DNA of 64,000 nucleotides from an uncultured virus (IMG/VR IMGVR_UViG_3300039099_000002) (IMGVR_UViG_3300039099_000002), one strand, 5' to 3'. Positions 48,625 through 59,875 are shown, counted from the stretch's first letter. Notes: generated by a model from the sequence alone, not told the origin. Program-made: numbers and translations.

Positions 48625-51600
48625 ATGCCATTACCAAATTATCAATACGGGACTATCCCAACACCAGACGAATTTAACGCTTTTATACGACCAAGATTTG
48701 ACAGAGATCCTAACGAGGATGAATATCCAGGACATTTACAAAGATTGTCAGATAGTTCTCTAAGTAATGAAGCAGGGAACATAAAGCCAGATTTTAGAAG
48801 CTTTGAGAATGCGTTACGAGTGACCGCAGGTTCTGGACTAAATATATTATTTAGCGGTGGGACTATTGAATTACTTAACAACACAAAAATAAATGTTGTT
48901 GCTGGTAGTTTAGCTTTGCCAAACAACGCGACAGTGTGGATTTATGTTGGTGATAATGGCGTTGTATCTTACTCTGTTGGATACCCAAACAATGTAATCG
49001 TGATGGCAAAAGTTACGACATTTGCAAACGCAGTAACTACAGTAGATGACTACAGAGACAGAAAAACTTTTAAAATATTAAGACATATTTTTTCTGGTGA
49101 TGAATCAACAGGAGGGTTACTAAAAATTGCGACACAAGAGAATGTCTTCGCTGGCGAAGATGACACAAAAGCATTATCATCCCTAAAACTTGAACTTTGG
49201 AAAAGATACAATAATTTAGTTTCATCAAAACCGGGAGGTAACATTTTTTATGTTGATGAAAAAAACGGTAAAGCTGACGATTCATTGCTTAATCCTGGCA
49301 CAGATCAATATAGCCCATTCAGAACCATAGAAAGGGCTATGCTGGAGGTAGCCAGAAGAAGCTACAGACCAAACACAAATAATCAAATAGATGTCTATGA
49401 TGAAGCTACTGTGTATTTAGCACCTGGGAATTATATTGTTGATAATCGTCCAGGTGTTTCTGATTTTGTACAGATACAGCCTCTGTCGCTAGAAACAGAA
49501 ATTGTTCAACCACTTCAAGTTGGGAATATACAAACTTACAACACAGAAACTAAGGTTTTAACTTTAGCGAACACATCTAATGCGACCTACGAAGAACTAA
49601 AGCCTGGGCAGCAAATATTTGGTGGTAACGGCAGCAGAGCAATAATTGATACTGCAATTAATAATACTGGCAGTTACAGGATTAAAAATATTGTTGGCAG
49701 TTGGAGTGGGGTAGGCGACATTGTTGTTGTCACCAAATATTCGTATTTTAATCCGCCAACAGGTGGTGTTGTTATTCCAAGGGGATGCTCTATAGTTGCC
49801 TCAGACCTTAGAAAAACTAAAATTATTCCGCGCTACGTTGGCGATGTAGCAACCTGGGAGCTAAATAATCCATACGATCCTAATTTGCAATGCGAGTGTT
49901 CCCCAGACAATTCAAGTATCGGAAGAACAGCAATATTTAAGGCGACAGGCGGTTCTCTTATCACAGGGTTAACTTTTTTCGACAACAAAAGCATAAAAAC
50001 CACACACCACCTGTGTATCGCAACTGAGCCAGCATCAACACTTGAGCTTTCAGATGAATCCTATGGCTATTACCCAAAAATAGAGAGAGCATTTTCTAAC
50101 ACATTAAATCCACCAATGAACGCTGGAGAACTAGATGCAGTCAGCGAGGAGACAATAATAACAGCATTGGCAACAGACAATACATCAGTAGACGATGATG
50201 GATTTTTAGACATTAATAGCGTCAATGGAAGTTCTGTATACGTATTTAATTGTTCTCTGCGATCGCGTTTTGGAATGTGCGGAATATCCTGCGACGGCAG
50301 CAAGTTGCAGGGTCTAAAATCAATAGTTGCATCCCAGTTCACGAATGTTAGCTTACAGTCAGATCCAAGAGCTTTTGTCGTCAATCTTAATAGCCCAGGT
50401 GGCAAATCATATAAAGACACATGGAGACATTTTTCCTTTAGTGCAATAAACAATGGTTATATGCAGATAGTTTCCTGCTTTGTTGTTTGCGCTGGCACAC
50501 ACTTTAAAACTTTAAGCGGTGGCGAATTAAGCGTCACAAATAGTTGTTCAAATTTTGGCGATATTTCGCTCTTTGCTGATGGATACAGCAATCATGCCCT
50601 GCCACAAGATTCAGGCGGGACGATCACAAAAATAGTGCCACCAAAGCCGATAGTTAGCAATGTTTTAAATTATGCTATTTCTGGCTTTGTTTCATCTTTG
50701 TCAACAGCGACAAAAATATATATAGATGGACCATTTAACCCTCAAAGAATCTCGCCATTCTCGCTTTTACAAAATGAATTAATTTATGTAGTTGGTGCTG
50801 ATAATGTAGAATACTCAGCACGCCTTGTTTCTTCGGTGAATTTAGTGGGAACAGATAGCAATGGACACTATTTTAATGTGTTAGATACTAATAATGATAT
50901 TTACACAAACAGAAATCTTATTGACACGCTTCCAGTTATTATAAAAAGAAACCCAGACGAAAGAAAACCAGACGATAGAATATTTTGGTTTAGAGTTGAT
51001 GGTGTGAATAGAAATCCACAAGAAAACTATATTTTAAAATTTAATGCAGACGAAATGCCAAATTTACAGATTAATAAAAATCTGTTTATTTCGTCTGTAA
51101 AAAGTGTGGACAGCGCAGGAAATGTCCTGCCATCTGGTAGTTACTATATCTCGCTTTTAAATGCAGACGGCATCAACGACAAAAATGACGATCTATATCC
51201 ACAACTAAATGTGGATATGCCTGATCCGAACTCAGTTTTAAGTAGGTCATATATCGCTGCCAAAACGGTATTGTTAGCATTAACAATACCCGAAGAACAG
51301 ACAATCCAGTTACTAGAAACATCCAGTAACGAAAGATTAATCAGAAAAGATAATCAACAGGTGAATATTTATCCTGAGTTTATAAAGCCGTCATTAATTA
51401 GAGCGTCTGGACATACTTGGGAGTGGGTTGGGTACAACAACTACTCATCAGCATTGCCAAAATTTCATACTAGGGTCTTAACTCTAGCTGAAAGCGTTGC
51501 CAAGATGAAACGAGAGACTAATGGTGGGCGCGTTTATTCCTGTGGGATGGATCAGGATGGAAATTATTTTATTGGTGACAAGATAATTGACACAAAGACA

Positions 51601-52530
51601 GGGGACGAAACAAACTTAAATTCTGGTGAAAGCGACTCTAAGGTTTTTAAGAGGCTTACTGTCACGGAAAGGCTGTTCTTATACCCAAATTCAACCCTAG
51701 ATTTAAGATCGGCGCAACTCAATTTTGATACCAGATCGAGGTTTTTAGCCCCAATACCAACAGATTCTGGCGTTTATGCCACAACTGAAAGCCCTGGATT
51801 TGTGGAACTGACAACAGATGAAGAAGCGATAGACGGGCTTGACGACAAAAGAGCAATAACACCAAAATCTCTAAAATCTGCTTTGGATTTAAAACAAAAT
51901 AAAATAACAACAGCAGAATTGCGGGATATGGTTGACGCAGCTATCCCTGTTGGCAAGATTGAGAAATATTTCCGAAGCACACTCCCTTCCTCTCGCTGGA
52001 AATGGGCGCATGGGCAGGAAGTTCTGCGCTCTGAAATTAGCACAGAACTTGTTGCCGATCTTGTCGCGCTAGGTGCGCCGTACAGCGGTAATGGAACAAC
52101 AACTGTTCGTCTGCCAGATAGTCGAGGAAGAGTTTTCCTTGGCGCGGGAGGAGATTACGCACTAGGAGCTACTGGGGGTGCGGCTACTCATACTTTGACT
52201 ACTAATGAAATGCCTAGTCATGGACACACTAGCACCACAGGAGCGCATATTCATACTATTAGTGATCCTGGGCATTCCCATACTTTAACTCAAGTTCAAA
52301 TTAATTTTCCAGGATATCCTGATGGAAGTGACGGATATCAACCAGGAGGGGCTGGATCTAGAAATGATTATGCTTGGGGAAGACATACAACTGATTGGGG
52401 AGGCTCAAATATTACTGAAACAAGTATAAATTATGGTATTGCAGTATCAGTGAATCCTACAGGGGATAGTCAACCTCACAACAATATGCAGCCATTTTTA
52501 GCGTCTAATTTCATCATAAAAGTAAAATAA
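48625..52530 (+). CDS. tail fibre protein with C-terminal collar domain
   Basis: FYVD..DD..NPG..SPFRTIERA as in cyanophage fibres; IPVG, LPDSRGRV, GATGGAATHTLTTNEMPSH, HNNMQPFLASNFIIK. Confidence 0.88.
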   Translation: MPLPNYQYGTIPTPDEFNAFIRPRFDRDPNEDEYPGHLQRLSDSSLSNEAGNIKPDFRSFENALRVTAGSGLNILFSGGTIELLNNTKINVVAGSLALPNNATVWIYVGDNGVVSYSVGYPNNVIVMAKVTTFANAVTTVDDYRDRKTFKILRHIFSGDESTGGLLKIATQENVFAGEDDTKALSSLKLELWKRYNNLVSSKPGGNIFYVDEKNGKADDSLLNPGTDQYSPFRTIERAMLEVARRSYRPNTNNQIDVYDEATVYLAPGNYIVDNRPGVSDFVQIQPLSLETEIVQPLQVGNIQTYNTETKVLTLANTSNATYEELKPGQQIFGGNGSRAIIDTAINNTGSYRIKNIVGSWSGVGDIVVVTKYSYFNPPTGGVVIPRGCSIVASDLRKTKIIPRYVGDVATWELNNPYDPNLQCECSPDNSSIGRTAIFKATGGSLITGLTFFDNKSIKTTHHLCIATEPASTLELSDESYGYYPKIERAFSNTLNPPMNAGELDAVSEETIITALATDNTSVDDDGFLDINSVNGSSVYVFNCSLRSRFGMCGISCDGSKLQGLKSIVASQFTNVSLQSDPRAFVVNLNSPGGKSYKDTWRHFSFSAINNGYMQIVSCFVVCAGTHFKTLSGGELSVTNSCSNFGDISLFADGYSNHALPQDSGGTITKIVPPKPIVSNVLNYAISGFVSSLSTATKIYIDGPFNPQRISPFSLLQNELIYVVGADNVEYSARLVSSVNLVGTDSNGHYFNVLDTNNDIYTNRNLIDTLPVIIKRNPDERKPDDRIFWFRVDGVNRNPQENYILKFNADEMPNLQINKNLFISSVKSVDSAGNVLPSGSYYISLLNADGINDKNDDLYPQLNVDMPDPNSVLSRSYIAAKTVLLALTIPEEQTIQLLETSSNERLIRKDNQQVNIYPEFIKPSLIRASGHTWEWVGYNNYSSALPKFHTRVLTLAESVAKMKRETNGGRVYSCGMDQDGNYFIGDKIIDTKTGDETNLNSGESDSKVFKRLTVTERLFLYPNSTLDLRSAQLNFDTRSRFLAPIPTDSGVYATTESPGFVELTTDEEAIDGLDDKRAITPKSLKSALDLKQNKITTAELRDMVDAAIPVGKIEKYFRSTLPSSRWKWAHGQEVLRSEISTELVADLVALGAPYSGNGTTTVRLPDSRGRVFLGAGGDYALGATGGAATHTLTTNEMPSHGHTSTTGAHIHTISDPGHSHTLTQVQINFPGYPDGSDGYQPGGAGSRNDYAWGRHTTDWGGSNITETSINYGIAVSVNPTGDSQPHNNMQPFLASNFIIKVK

Positions 52531-52532
52531 AA

Positions 52533-53273
52533 ATGCAATACTTTATTATCAGACCTTTTCAAGATGCTCAAGAAGTAAGCCTTAACGATAACACTACTTT
52601 ACACAAGTTATCTGTAGACTTATTTAAGCAGTTTGAACCTAGCTTTACTTTACCTGTTAATGTAAAACAGTTGGATTACTACAAAGGGATTCTACACCAA
52701 ACCATACACCATAATGGTACTATTGAATCTTTAGATTTAAATGTAGAAGAGTACAATGTTTACATTAGCAAAATTGCTGTTTATCAACAATTAGAACAAG
52801 TTATTAAAGATAAAGAAGCGGCTGCTTTGTTGCCTCAAACTTTAATAGCTGCCAAAACTCAAGTAGTTAAAAATATTTACAGTTATGCTGCTCAACTTAC
52901 AGACAAATTAGTTAACAAGTATGCTACTGCTGAAAGAGATAGATGGGCTTCTACGACACTCCCAGAAGCAGAATCTTATCTGGCAACAAATAATATCAAA
53001 AATTCACAAAATTTAGTAGCGCAACAAATTGTTAGATCAGGAATTACAGACACATCTTCTCAAGAATTCACAGATTCTTTAAAATCTTTATGCAACACAA
53101 TAATTGCAAAAAACGCTGAACTGATCAAAATATCTAATCACATAATTGGGACTAGAGGTAAATGGACTGACACTATTAGCGAATTCGTCAAATTCGACGA
53201 AGAAACCGAACAAGACGCTATCACAAGAATTTTGGCGATAGACTGGAAAATTGGCTGGGAAATACCAGAATAA
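52533..53273 (+). CDS. putative tail fibre assembly protein
   Basis: Directly after fibre; Y...ERDRW...EAESY motif. Confidence 0.6.
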   Translation: MQYFIIRPFQDAQEVSLNDNTTLHKLSVDLFKQFEPSFTLPVNVKQLDYYKGILHQTIHHNGTIESLDLNVEEYNVYISKIAVYQQLEQVIKDKEAAALLPQTLIAAKTQVVKNIYSYAAQLTDKLVNKYATAERDRWASTTLPEAESYLATNNIKNSQNLVAQQIVRSGITDTSSQEFTDSLKSLCNTIIAKNAELIKISNHIIGTRGKWTDTISEFVKFDEETEQDAITRILAIDWKIGWEIPE

Positions 53274-53853
53274 AACTATCTGCTTGATATTTAAAAATGC
53301 TCAAAACAAAGCTAATTGTTTTGAGCATTTTTAAATATTGCGACATGAAAAACCAAGTTTTTATCCTTCCCTTGCAGATAATTCCTTTTCTATTTGCTCT
53401 TTTGAGTAAATCAGCCCAGCATTTAAAAAAAGCATTTTTAGGGACAAAGCCTCCAACAGCCTCTCTGTAAAATCCCTGGTCGTACAAAAACTTAAATTCT
53501 GCATTGACACTAGACAGTCCCCACCCCAAATGTTTGACATAGGTTTGGGTGTTTCCCTTAATCTCAAAATAAACATCAATTAATTTTTTAGCCTTAATTA
53601 GTCGGCTGTCCCCAGAATTTTTTATGTCGTCGCTATTGGTGAAACTATTAACGATTTTTGCTAGTTTTCCTGGGGTAATTTCTTTTTTATTGTACGCAAG
53701 TTTTAACGTACCTGTAACAACTCTTTCGTGGTAGTAATTACCATCTATTTTAAACTGAAGCGCATTTCCGTTGCTATATATTTCCTCTACTTTTCCCAAT
53801 CCATCTATCACATAGCCGACTTTTACATCAGCTATGTCATAAGACCTCGCCAT
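53221..53853 (-). CDS. hypothetical protein
   Basis: ORF from MARSY with GAGG RBS; 3' end runs through a hairpin so the true end is uncertain. Confidence 0.55.
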   Translation of the reverse strand: MARSYDIADVKVGYVIDGLGKVEEIYSNGNALQFKIDGNYYHERVVTGTLKLAYNKKEITPGKLAKIVNSFTNSDDIKNSGDSRLIKAKKLIDVYFEIKGNTQTYVKHLGWGLSSVNAEFKFLYDQGFYREAVGGFVPKNAFFKCWADLLKRANRKGIICKGRIKTWFFMSQYLKMLKTISFVLSIFKYQADSFILVFPSQFSSLSPKFL

Positions 53854-53909
53854 ATATTTTTCCTCAAACAATGATTATTGAATTTCCAGACCGATGTAAA
53901 AATATTTGA

Positions 53910-55346
53910 TTAAACGTTTTTGTGTGCCCAGATTAGAAGCGATCGCACAACCTCGCCGTGACAAACGTTGGAACAACTGCACATCAGCCGGATTTTACTT
54001 CCAGCCCTTAGCCTAGCCAATAGATCGTTAATTGCGACTCTAAAATCGCTTGCTTCATCCTTAAATTTTATCCAAGAACTTGATTTAAAAGCTTTTACAC
54101 ATTCATCGGCAGTGCCGTAAACGCCGACCTCATACTCGTTACCGAATGGTGTGCCGCGACCAATATAAATTGTTTCCCATCCAATTTCATCGGATAAGTC
54201 TCTGTGGCGATTTGCTATTTTAATCCGTTGCTCTAATGGCAAGACTGATGTGACAACTTTTTGTTGTGTCGCGGGTTGGCTACTATTTCCAGACAATCCA
54301 ACAAGTGTGACCTCAAGCCATAGTTTGCTTTGGTTTGTTGTTTTGATTGTCCACTCACTTCCCTTGAGTTTGGAGATATTTTCTTTGATCTGATCCTCGC
54401 AAATCTCAACGTCAAAGTCATCTTTGCTGTATGCGGGATCTAAGATTCCAGATGTCTTGTATAGCAGCAAATTCATGTAAAACTTTGCTAAATCCTGGAT
54501 AACTATAATTGGTTCTTTGCCAGCGTTCAGGATTTCACCAACAGCACCAACAATTTCGCTCGGATTGTCGCCGATAATTTTCAGTGCAAGTTCCTTGAGC
54601 ATAGATTCCGAAACTCTACCAAGGTTCTCATAAATTAAAGCCTTTGTAATTCTCACTGGGTAGAGCGAGAGTTGATCTAACTTTGCTTGAGCATCGCGCA
54701 TACCACCGGCAACGGCACTGCATATTGCAAATATAGCATCGTCATCTATCTCAATAGTTTCCTTCGCTGCAATTTCCTTTAAGTGTTGAAACATTGCAGG
54801 AACGCCAATACGTCTAAAGTCATAGGTTTGACAGCGAGAGATAATTGTGGGGAGAACCTTTTGTGGATCTGTTGTTGCAAGAATAAATACAACGTTTTTT
54901 GGCGGTTCTTCCAGGGTTTTAAGCAGGGCGTTAAAAGCTGCGGTTGTCATCATGTGAACCTCGTCCAAGATGACAACTTTATAGCGACCGACTGGGGCAA
55001 ATTGCAGCTTTGAAATTAAGTCGCGGACATTATCCACGCCATTGTTGCTGGCCGCATCTATTTCAATAACATCCAGGGAATACCCAGACGCTATTCCTTT
55101 GCAGGATTCACAAACACCGCAAGGGTCTGAGGTTATGCCAGTATCACAATTTAGGCTTTTCGCTAAAATGCGACCAGTGGAAGTTTTACCCGTGCCTCGC
55201 GCACCTGAAAACAGGTATGCAGACGCTATTTTGCCAGTATTTATGGCATTAATTAAAGTTTTTTTGATGTGTTCCTGTCCCACAAGTTGTGATAGGGTTT
55301 GTGGGCGATATTTCAAATGCAGTGGTTGGTATGCTGTTTGAGACAT
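53910..55346 (-). CDS. dnaX: DNA polymerase III gamma/tau fused to a DUF4326-like domain
   Basis: KYRPQTL, GARGTGKTS, PCGVCESC, EIDAAS, DEVHM, SRCQ; C-terminal IYIGRGTPFGNEY...LMCSC...CHGEV. Confidence 0.93.
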   Translation of the reverse strand: MSQTAYQPLHLKYRPQTLSQLVGQEHIKKTLINAINTGKIASAYLFSGARGTGKTSTGRILAKSLNCDTGITSDPCGVCESCKGIASGYSLDVIEIDAASNNGVDNVRDLISKLQFAPVGRYKVVILDEVHMMTTAAFNALLKTLEEPPKNVVFILATTDPQKVLPTIISRCQTYDFRRIGVPAMFQHLKEIAAKETIEIDDDAIFAICSAVAGGMRDAQAKLDQLSLYPVRITKALIYENLGRVSESMLKELALKIIGDNPSEIVGAVGEILNAGKEPIIVIQDLAKFYMNLLLYKTSGILDPAYSKDDFDVEICEDQIKENISKLKGSEWTIKTTNQSKLWLEVTLVGLSGNSSQPATQQKVVTSVLPLEQRIKIANRHRDLSDEIGWETIYIGRGTPFGNEYEVGVYGTADECVKAFKSSSWIKFKDEASDFRVAINDLLARLRAGSKIRLMCSCSNVCHGEVVRSLLIWAHKNV

Positions 55347-55392
55347 AATTTTTGCAGTTGTGTTTTTGTTTTGTGTTTGTTGACTATACTGT

Positions 55393-55421
55393 ATTTTACA
55401 ATGGTTAACAATTAAAGTCAA
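55393..55421 (-). promoter_or_regulatory. class I repeated promoter of dnaX
   Basis: TTGACT-17-TAAAAT, spacer GTTAACCA. Confidence 0.7.
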
Positions 55422-55430
55422 CACTATTTT

Positions 55431-56048
55431 CTAGTCAATTTTTAAAACCATTCCGTATTGACAGAAAGTCCCATAAAAATATCTATTTTTCTCGTTGAAA
55501 AAATTAATAAAGCAGATATCAAAATTATTTGCACTTAATTTTTCTGGGATTTTTTTACCAAGAATACGCTGTTCTTCACGCCATTTTAATAACGGTTCGC
55601 CTGGGTCAAATTGGATGCGACCTTTCCATAGGCAAATAGATGCTGCATTTTGCTTAATTAAATCCTGTGTGCCTTTATTGCTTAAAACACCTGCTTTGAG
55701 CAATGCAACGCCACCGACAATATTACCAGCGTTTTTTTGCTCAACTAGCTTTTCTATAGCCGACCTGGGTTCGTCATGCGAATACCCAGGGTTTATAAAA
55801 ACAGTGTCCGTCTCCCTTCCACAGCCCCAAGGCAGTGCAAGCCCGTTATCTTCATAAGTGTAATGCCCATGTACTGTCTCGATCCTTTTCCCTGGATCTG
55901 CAAACGGATCTAACCCAATAACACCACCAAGAGATTCGCGGACTAGATCAACCATAAATTTTTTTGTGTACCAGTGATTGGTTGGCAAATCGGGGGATCT
56001 AGCTTCGTAATTTTCTGATTCAAACAATTCTTTTTGTGTAGCTGACAT
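55431..56048 (-). CDS. phage-type DNA N6-adenine methyltransferase
   Basis: WYT, GLDPFA, DNGLALPW, VFINPGYS (NPPY variant), GRIQF. Confidence 0.75.
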   Translation of the reverse strand: MSATQKELFESENYEARSPDLPTNHWYTKKFMVDLVRESLGGVIGLDPFADPGKRIETVHGHYTYEDNGLALPWGCGRETDTVFINPGYSHDEPRSAIEKLVEQKNAGNIVGGVALLKAGVLSNKGTQDLIKQNAASICLWKGRIQFDPGEPLLKWREEQRILGKKIPEKLSANNFDICFINFFNEKNRYFYGTFCQYGMVLKID

Positions 56049-56149
56049 CTTATTTTTTAAATTTTAACGCTGCGTGTTTCTTGTTGCTTTCTACAATATT
56101 AACACGATATTGATTTTATGTCAACCAATATCGTGCTAATAGTTTGCCT

Positions 56150-59100
56150 TTAGCTGGCGACAAGTTCAGGTTTGGGTGCTGCTTTTAGGCTGTTGACGTG
56201 AGATTTTACAGAAGATGGTGCGTGCTTCCAAACAGTAGCACCGTAATCTTTATCTATCAGTCTGAAACAAAGCGAAAGTTCGGATACAGTTTGCCAGTCT
56301 TTTGCATTCGCCAGCATATCCACAGAATCATAAATATCAAAATGGGTTTTTATTTCTCCGTACTTACATTCTGCTGCTGTAATCCCCAGGTTTTTAAGGT
56401 TTTCAACAGCGTCATTGTTGACCCATTTTCCTGTTCTAATTTGTTGACCCTTGTACCATAAAATCAGAGGTAAATCGCCTCTGGAAAATGCGATCGCCGT
56501 TTTAACAGTCAGCCTGTCTTTCTCTTCATCATTGATGTATGCGACAACAAATTTAACAGCCTCTGGAGCGCAAATATTGTTGACTACTATCTGTTTGTCG
56601 CCGTTTTTCTCGGAGACAATACCGTTGATTAGAAATTGGCAATCCGTTCTTAATTTTTCCCCATAAATATCGTAGGAATTGGGGAACATAACGGCTTCAA
56701 TTTCGCCAGAGTTGTCGGCGAGCTTCAAGAAAGCCATAGTTTTGCCACTCTGTGCGCCGTTCTTAACTTTCGTGTTCAGGATATCTGGGATTCTTGCCAA
56801 AAATGCAACATTTTGGTTTACAGGTAAATCCTTTATTGATTCAATATTTTCATTGCAAATCCCACCTAATATCTCGCTCTCCGAGTCGCTGTATTTTTTG
56901 TTAAGGCAAATCCCCAAATATTCGCTCTCCTTAAAGTTGCGAGAGTCTAAATCAAGGTCATCAATATTGGGTGCTTTTGGCGGATCAAAAGAAACGCTTG
57001 TGGTTATGTCGAAAAGCGACATCTGACCAGAGTTTTTACTTTTTACTAAATCTCTAGACCAGTCCAGCAAAAGGTCAGCATCCTTTATTAGCTGCTGCCT
57101 GTTGGTGTTAAAGGAGTCAAGCGCACCCGAATATATCAGCCCATCCGTAGCTCTTTTAGTAAGTTGCACTCTTTTCGCCAAATCCGGGAAACTTTTAAAT
57201 TCGCCAGATTTATTGCGCTCCGAAATTATGGATTGGACTACATCAATTCCCAGTCCTTTGATGGCCGACAAACCGAATCTTACGGTTTTTTCGTCAATCC
57301 TTCTAAAGTCAGAGTCGGACTCATTGATACTTGGATGAATAACGTTTATGCCGATGTCTTTGGCTGCGGGGATTGCAACTTTTATTTCATCCATGTTGTT
57401 AGCATCGCAGCTTAATAATGCTGCTGTAAAGTCTGCTGCGTAATTCGCCTTTAGGTATGCAGTTGTCCAAGAAATATAGCTGTATGCGACTGAGTGCGAA
57501 GCGTTGAAACAATACTCTGCATACTTTGACATATCATCAAAAATCTTGTTAGAGATATCTGATTCAATTCCTGCGCTTATTGAACCGGACACAAAGCGAT
57601 CGCGCTGCTTTGCCATTTCTGCTGGTTTTTTCTTACCCATAGCTCGGCGCAGCAAATCAGCTTCACCCAAAGAGTATCCCGCCATTACCTGGGCAATCTT
57701 CATGATCTGCTCTTGGTAAACCATGCAGCCGTAGGTTAACTCAAGGATTGGTTGAAGTATCGGCAGAGGGTATGTTATGGGTTTCTCCCCGTTTTTACGG
57801 GAGATATAGTCATCAACCACACCAGCGTCAAGCGGTCCAGGCCGGTAAAGTGCGGAAATCGCACTGATGCTTTCAATGCTGTCGGGGTTTAGTCGTTTTA
57901 CCTTGTCGGTGATGCCCTTGTTACCAAGTTGGAAAACACCGTAGGTTTTCCCTTGGGTGAGCATTTTGTATGTGCGCTCAACGTCCATTGGTAATTTATC
58001 GCTCCACTCTGGGTGAAACTGCTTATCCTTGGCAGCAATCTCATCGGCACTAATATTAATGCCCCTAGCGGACAACAGGTTTATGGTTTTTTGAATGGCC
58101 GTCAAATTTTTCAGACCCAGAAAATCCATCTTTAATAACCCCAGGCTTTCAATGTCCGCCATTTCATACTGGGAAACTATCGTGGTGTCTCCGTCGTCGC
58201 CAGCGGCTCTCATTACTGGCACGAGTTCATCCAGTGAGACGGGAGAAATTACAACACCCGCGGCGTGGACACCTCGACTTTTGGTAACGCCATCAAGTTT
58301 GATGGCTAAATCTAAGGCTTTTTTAACGCCTTCGTCTTGCAGGTAAATTTCACGAAATGCGGGGACGGGCGTTGCCTCCCCAATCATCACCTTCAAGTCT
58401 GTAGGCTTACCTCGGCTGATTGGGATTAATTTTGACAACCTATCTGACTCGGAGTAAGGCAAACCGCAAACCTTAAAAACGTCTTTTAGGGCAGACTTAG
58501 ACCCCAGCGTTCCGAATGTTCCGATTTGGCAGACGTTTATGTATTTTTTTGACACATAATCTACTACTTCATGCCGTCGTGACGGCTCAAAATCTATATC
58601 TATATCCGGCATTGACATCCGTTCAGGGTTTAAAAATCTCTCAAACAATAGTCCGTGGTGAATGGGATCGATGTTGGTAATTCTTAGGGAGTAAGCAACC
58701 AAAGACCCTGCCGCGCTGCCTCTCCCTGCCCCGATGGCTATATTGTTGTCAAAACAATATTTGCAATAATCCCAAACCACTAGGAAGTAATCCGCGAATT
58801 CTTTCGAGCAGATTACATCGAGTTCGAGGGTTAAGCGATCGCTATATCTCTCCTCAACGTCCAGACCCTTGAACCTTTCTACCAAACCATCGTGAGCGAC
58901 TTTGCGAAGATAATCCTCTGCCGATCCTTCACCCAAAGGCGCAGCGAACTTAGGCATTCTTGAGGTGTCACCCTCTTTCAATATCAGCCCTTCGTAACCT
59001 TCAACTTTGTCTGCTATTTCCTGGGAGTTATTGACAGCTTGAGTGACAACATCTTGGGGCAGGTGATCGGCAAATAATGCCAACATCTCTTGTTCCGTTT

Positions 59101-59875
59101 TGAGATATTCCGTCCCAGTGTATTTCATAGATGGGGATTCAATGGTGGTTTTAGTATTGATACAAAGGAGCGCAGTTTGTGCCTCCCAGTCGTCCGCACA
59201 GCTAAAGTGCGCGTCGTTTGTTGCTATTAATTTGATTGACAATTCTATTGAAAAACGATGCAGCGTTTGGTTGACGGTTACATCGTTCAAGGGTGACTTC
59301 TTGGTATTGTTTTCTATTTTATCACCATTAATGTCTTGGCTACCGTTTCCTCTAAATCCATGATCTTGGATTTCTAAATAATAGTCGTCGCCAAAAACGC
59401 TCTTAAACCATTCTGCCGTTACTTTTGCTTTTTCAATGTCACCAGCCAAAATATATCTTGGTAACTCTCCGGCAGCACACCCAGAAAGGATTATCAAGCC
59501 TTCGCTATTTTCTGCCAACATATCTCTGGAGATTGTTGGTCTGCCAAATAGCTTGTTACCGTGCCAGCCATGTACATGGCTATAATTCGTCAGCTTACAA
59601 AGGTTCTTGTAACCTGCAATGTTTTTTGCCAAAACCGTAAGGTGGTATTTTTTCCCATCAACAAGAATGTACATCTCGTTTCCGATAATTGGTTTTACAC
59701 CATGCTGCTTACAGGCATTCAACAATTTTATCGCACCGGACATTGTACCGTGATCTGTCAGCGCAACAGCACTTTGCCCTATCCCTTTTATGGTAGCAAC
59801 CATGTTTTTTACGCTTTGGGTAGCATCAAGTACGCTACCTTCTGTGGTATGATTATGTAAGTGTATAAATGGCAT
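56150..59875 (-). CDS. dnaE: DNA polymerase III alpha subunit, unsplit
   Basis: HLHNHT, ALTDHG, GRGSAAGS, FERFLNPER..PDIDIDF, GVHAAG, ALYRPGP, YCFNASH. Confidence 0.97.
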   Translation of the reverse strand: MPFIHLHNHTTEGSVLDATQSVKNMVATIKGIGQSAVALTDHGTMSGAIKLLNACKQHGVKPIIGNEMYILVDGKKYHLTVLAKNIAGYKNLCKLTNYSHVHGWHGNKLFGRPTISRDMLAENSEGLIILSGCAAGELPRYILAGDIEKAKVTAEWFKSVFGDDYYLEIQDHGFRGNGSQDINGDKIENNTKKSPLNDVTVNQTLHRFSIELSIKLIATNDAHFSCADDWEAQTALLCINTKTTIESPSMKYTGTEYLKTEQEMLALFADHLPQDVVTQAVNNSQEIADKVEGYEGLILKEGDTSRMPKFAAPLGEGSAEDYLRKVAHDGLVERFKGLDVEERYSDRLTLELDVICSKEFADYFLVVWDYCKYCFDNNIAIGAGRGSAAGSLVAYSLRITNIDPIHHGLLFERFLNPERMSMPDIDIDFEPSRRHEVVDYVSKKYINVCQIGTFGTLGSKSALKDVFKVCGLPYSESDRLSKLIPISRGKPTDLKVMIGEATPVPAFREIYLQDEGVKKALDLAIKLDGVTKSRGVHAAGVVISPVSLDELVPVMRAAGDDGDTTIVSQYEMADIESLGLLKMDFLGLKNLTAIQKTINLLSARGINISADEIAAKDKQFHPEWSDKLPMDVERTYKMLTQGKTYGVFQLGNKGITDKVKRLNPDSIESISAISALYRPGPLDAGVVDDYISRKNGEKPITYPLPILQPILELTYGCMVYQEQIMKIAQVMAGYSLGEADLLRRAMGKKKPAEMAKQRDRFVSGSISAGIESDISNKIFDDMSKYAEYCFNASHSVAYSYISWTTAYLKANYAADFTAALLSCDANNMDEIKVAIPAAKDIGINVIHPSINESDSDFRRIDEKTVRFGLSAIKGLGIDVVQSIISERNKSGEFKSFPDLAKRVQLTKRATDGLIYSGALDSFNTNRQQLIKDADLLLDWSRDLVKSKNSGQMSLFDITTSVSFDPPKAPNIDDLDLDSRNFKESEYLGICLNKKYSDSESEILGGICNENIESIKDLPVNQNVAFLARIPDILNTKVKNGAQSGKTMAFLKLADNSGEIEAVMFPNSYDIYGEKLRTDCQFLINGIVSEKNGDKQIVVNNICAPEAVKFVVAYINDEEKDRLTVKTAIAFSRGDLPLILWYKGQQIRTGKWVNNDAVENLKNLGITAAECKYGEIKTHFDIYDSVDMLANAKDWQTVSELSLCFRLIDKDYGATVWKHAPSSVKSHVNSLKAAPKPELVAS

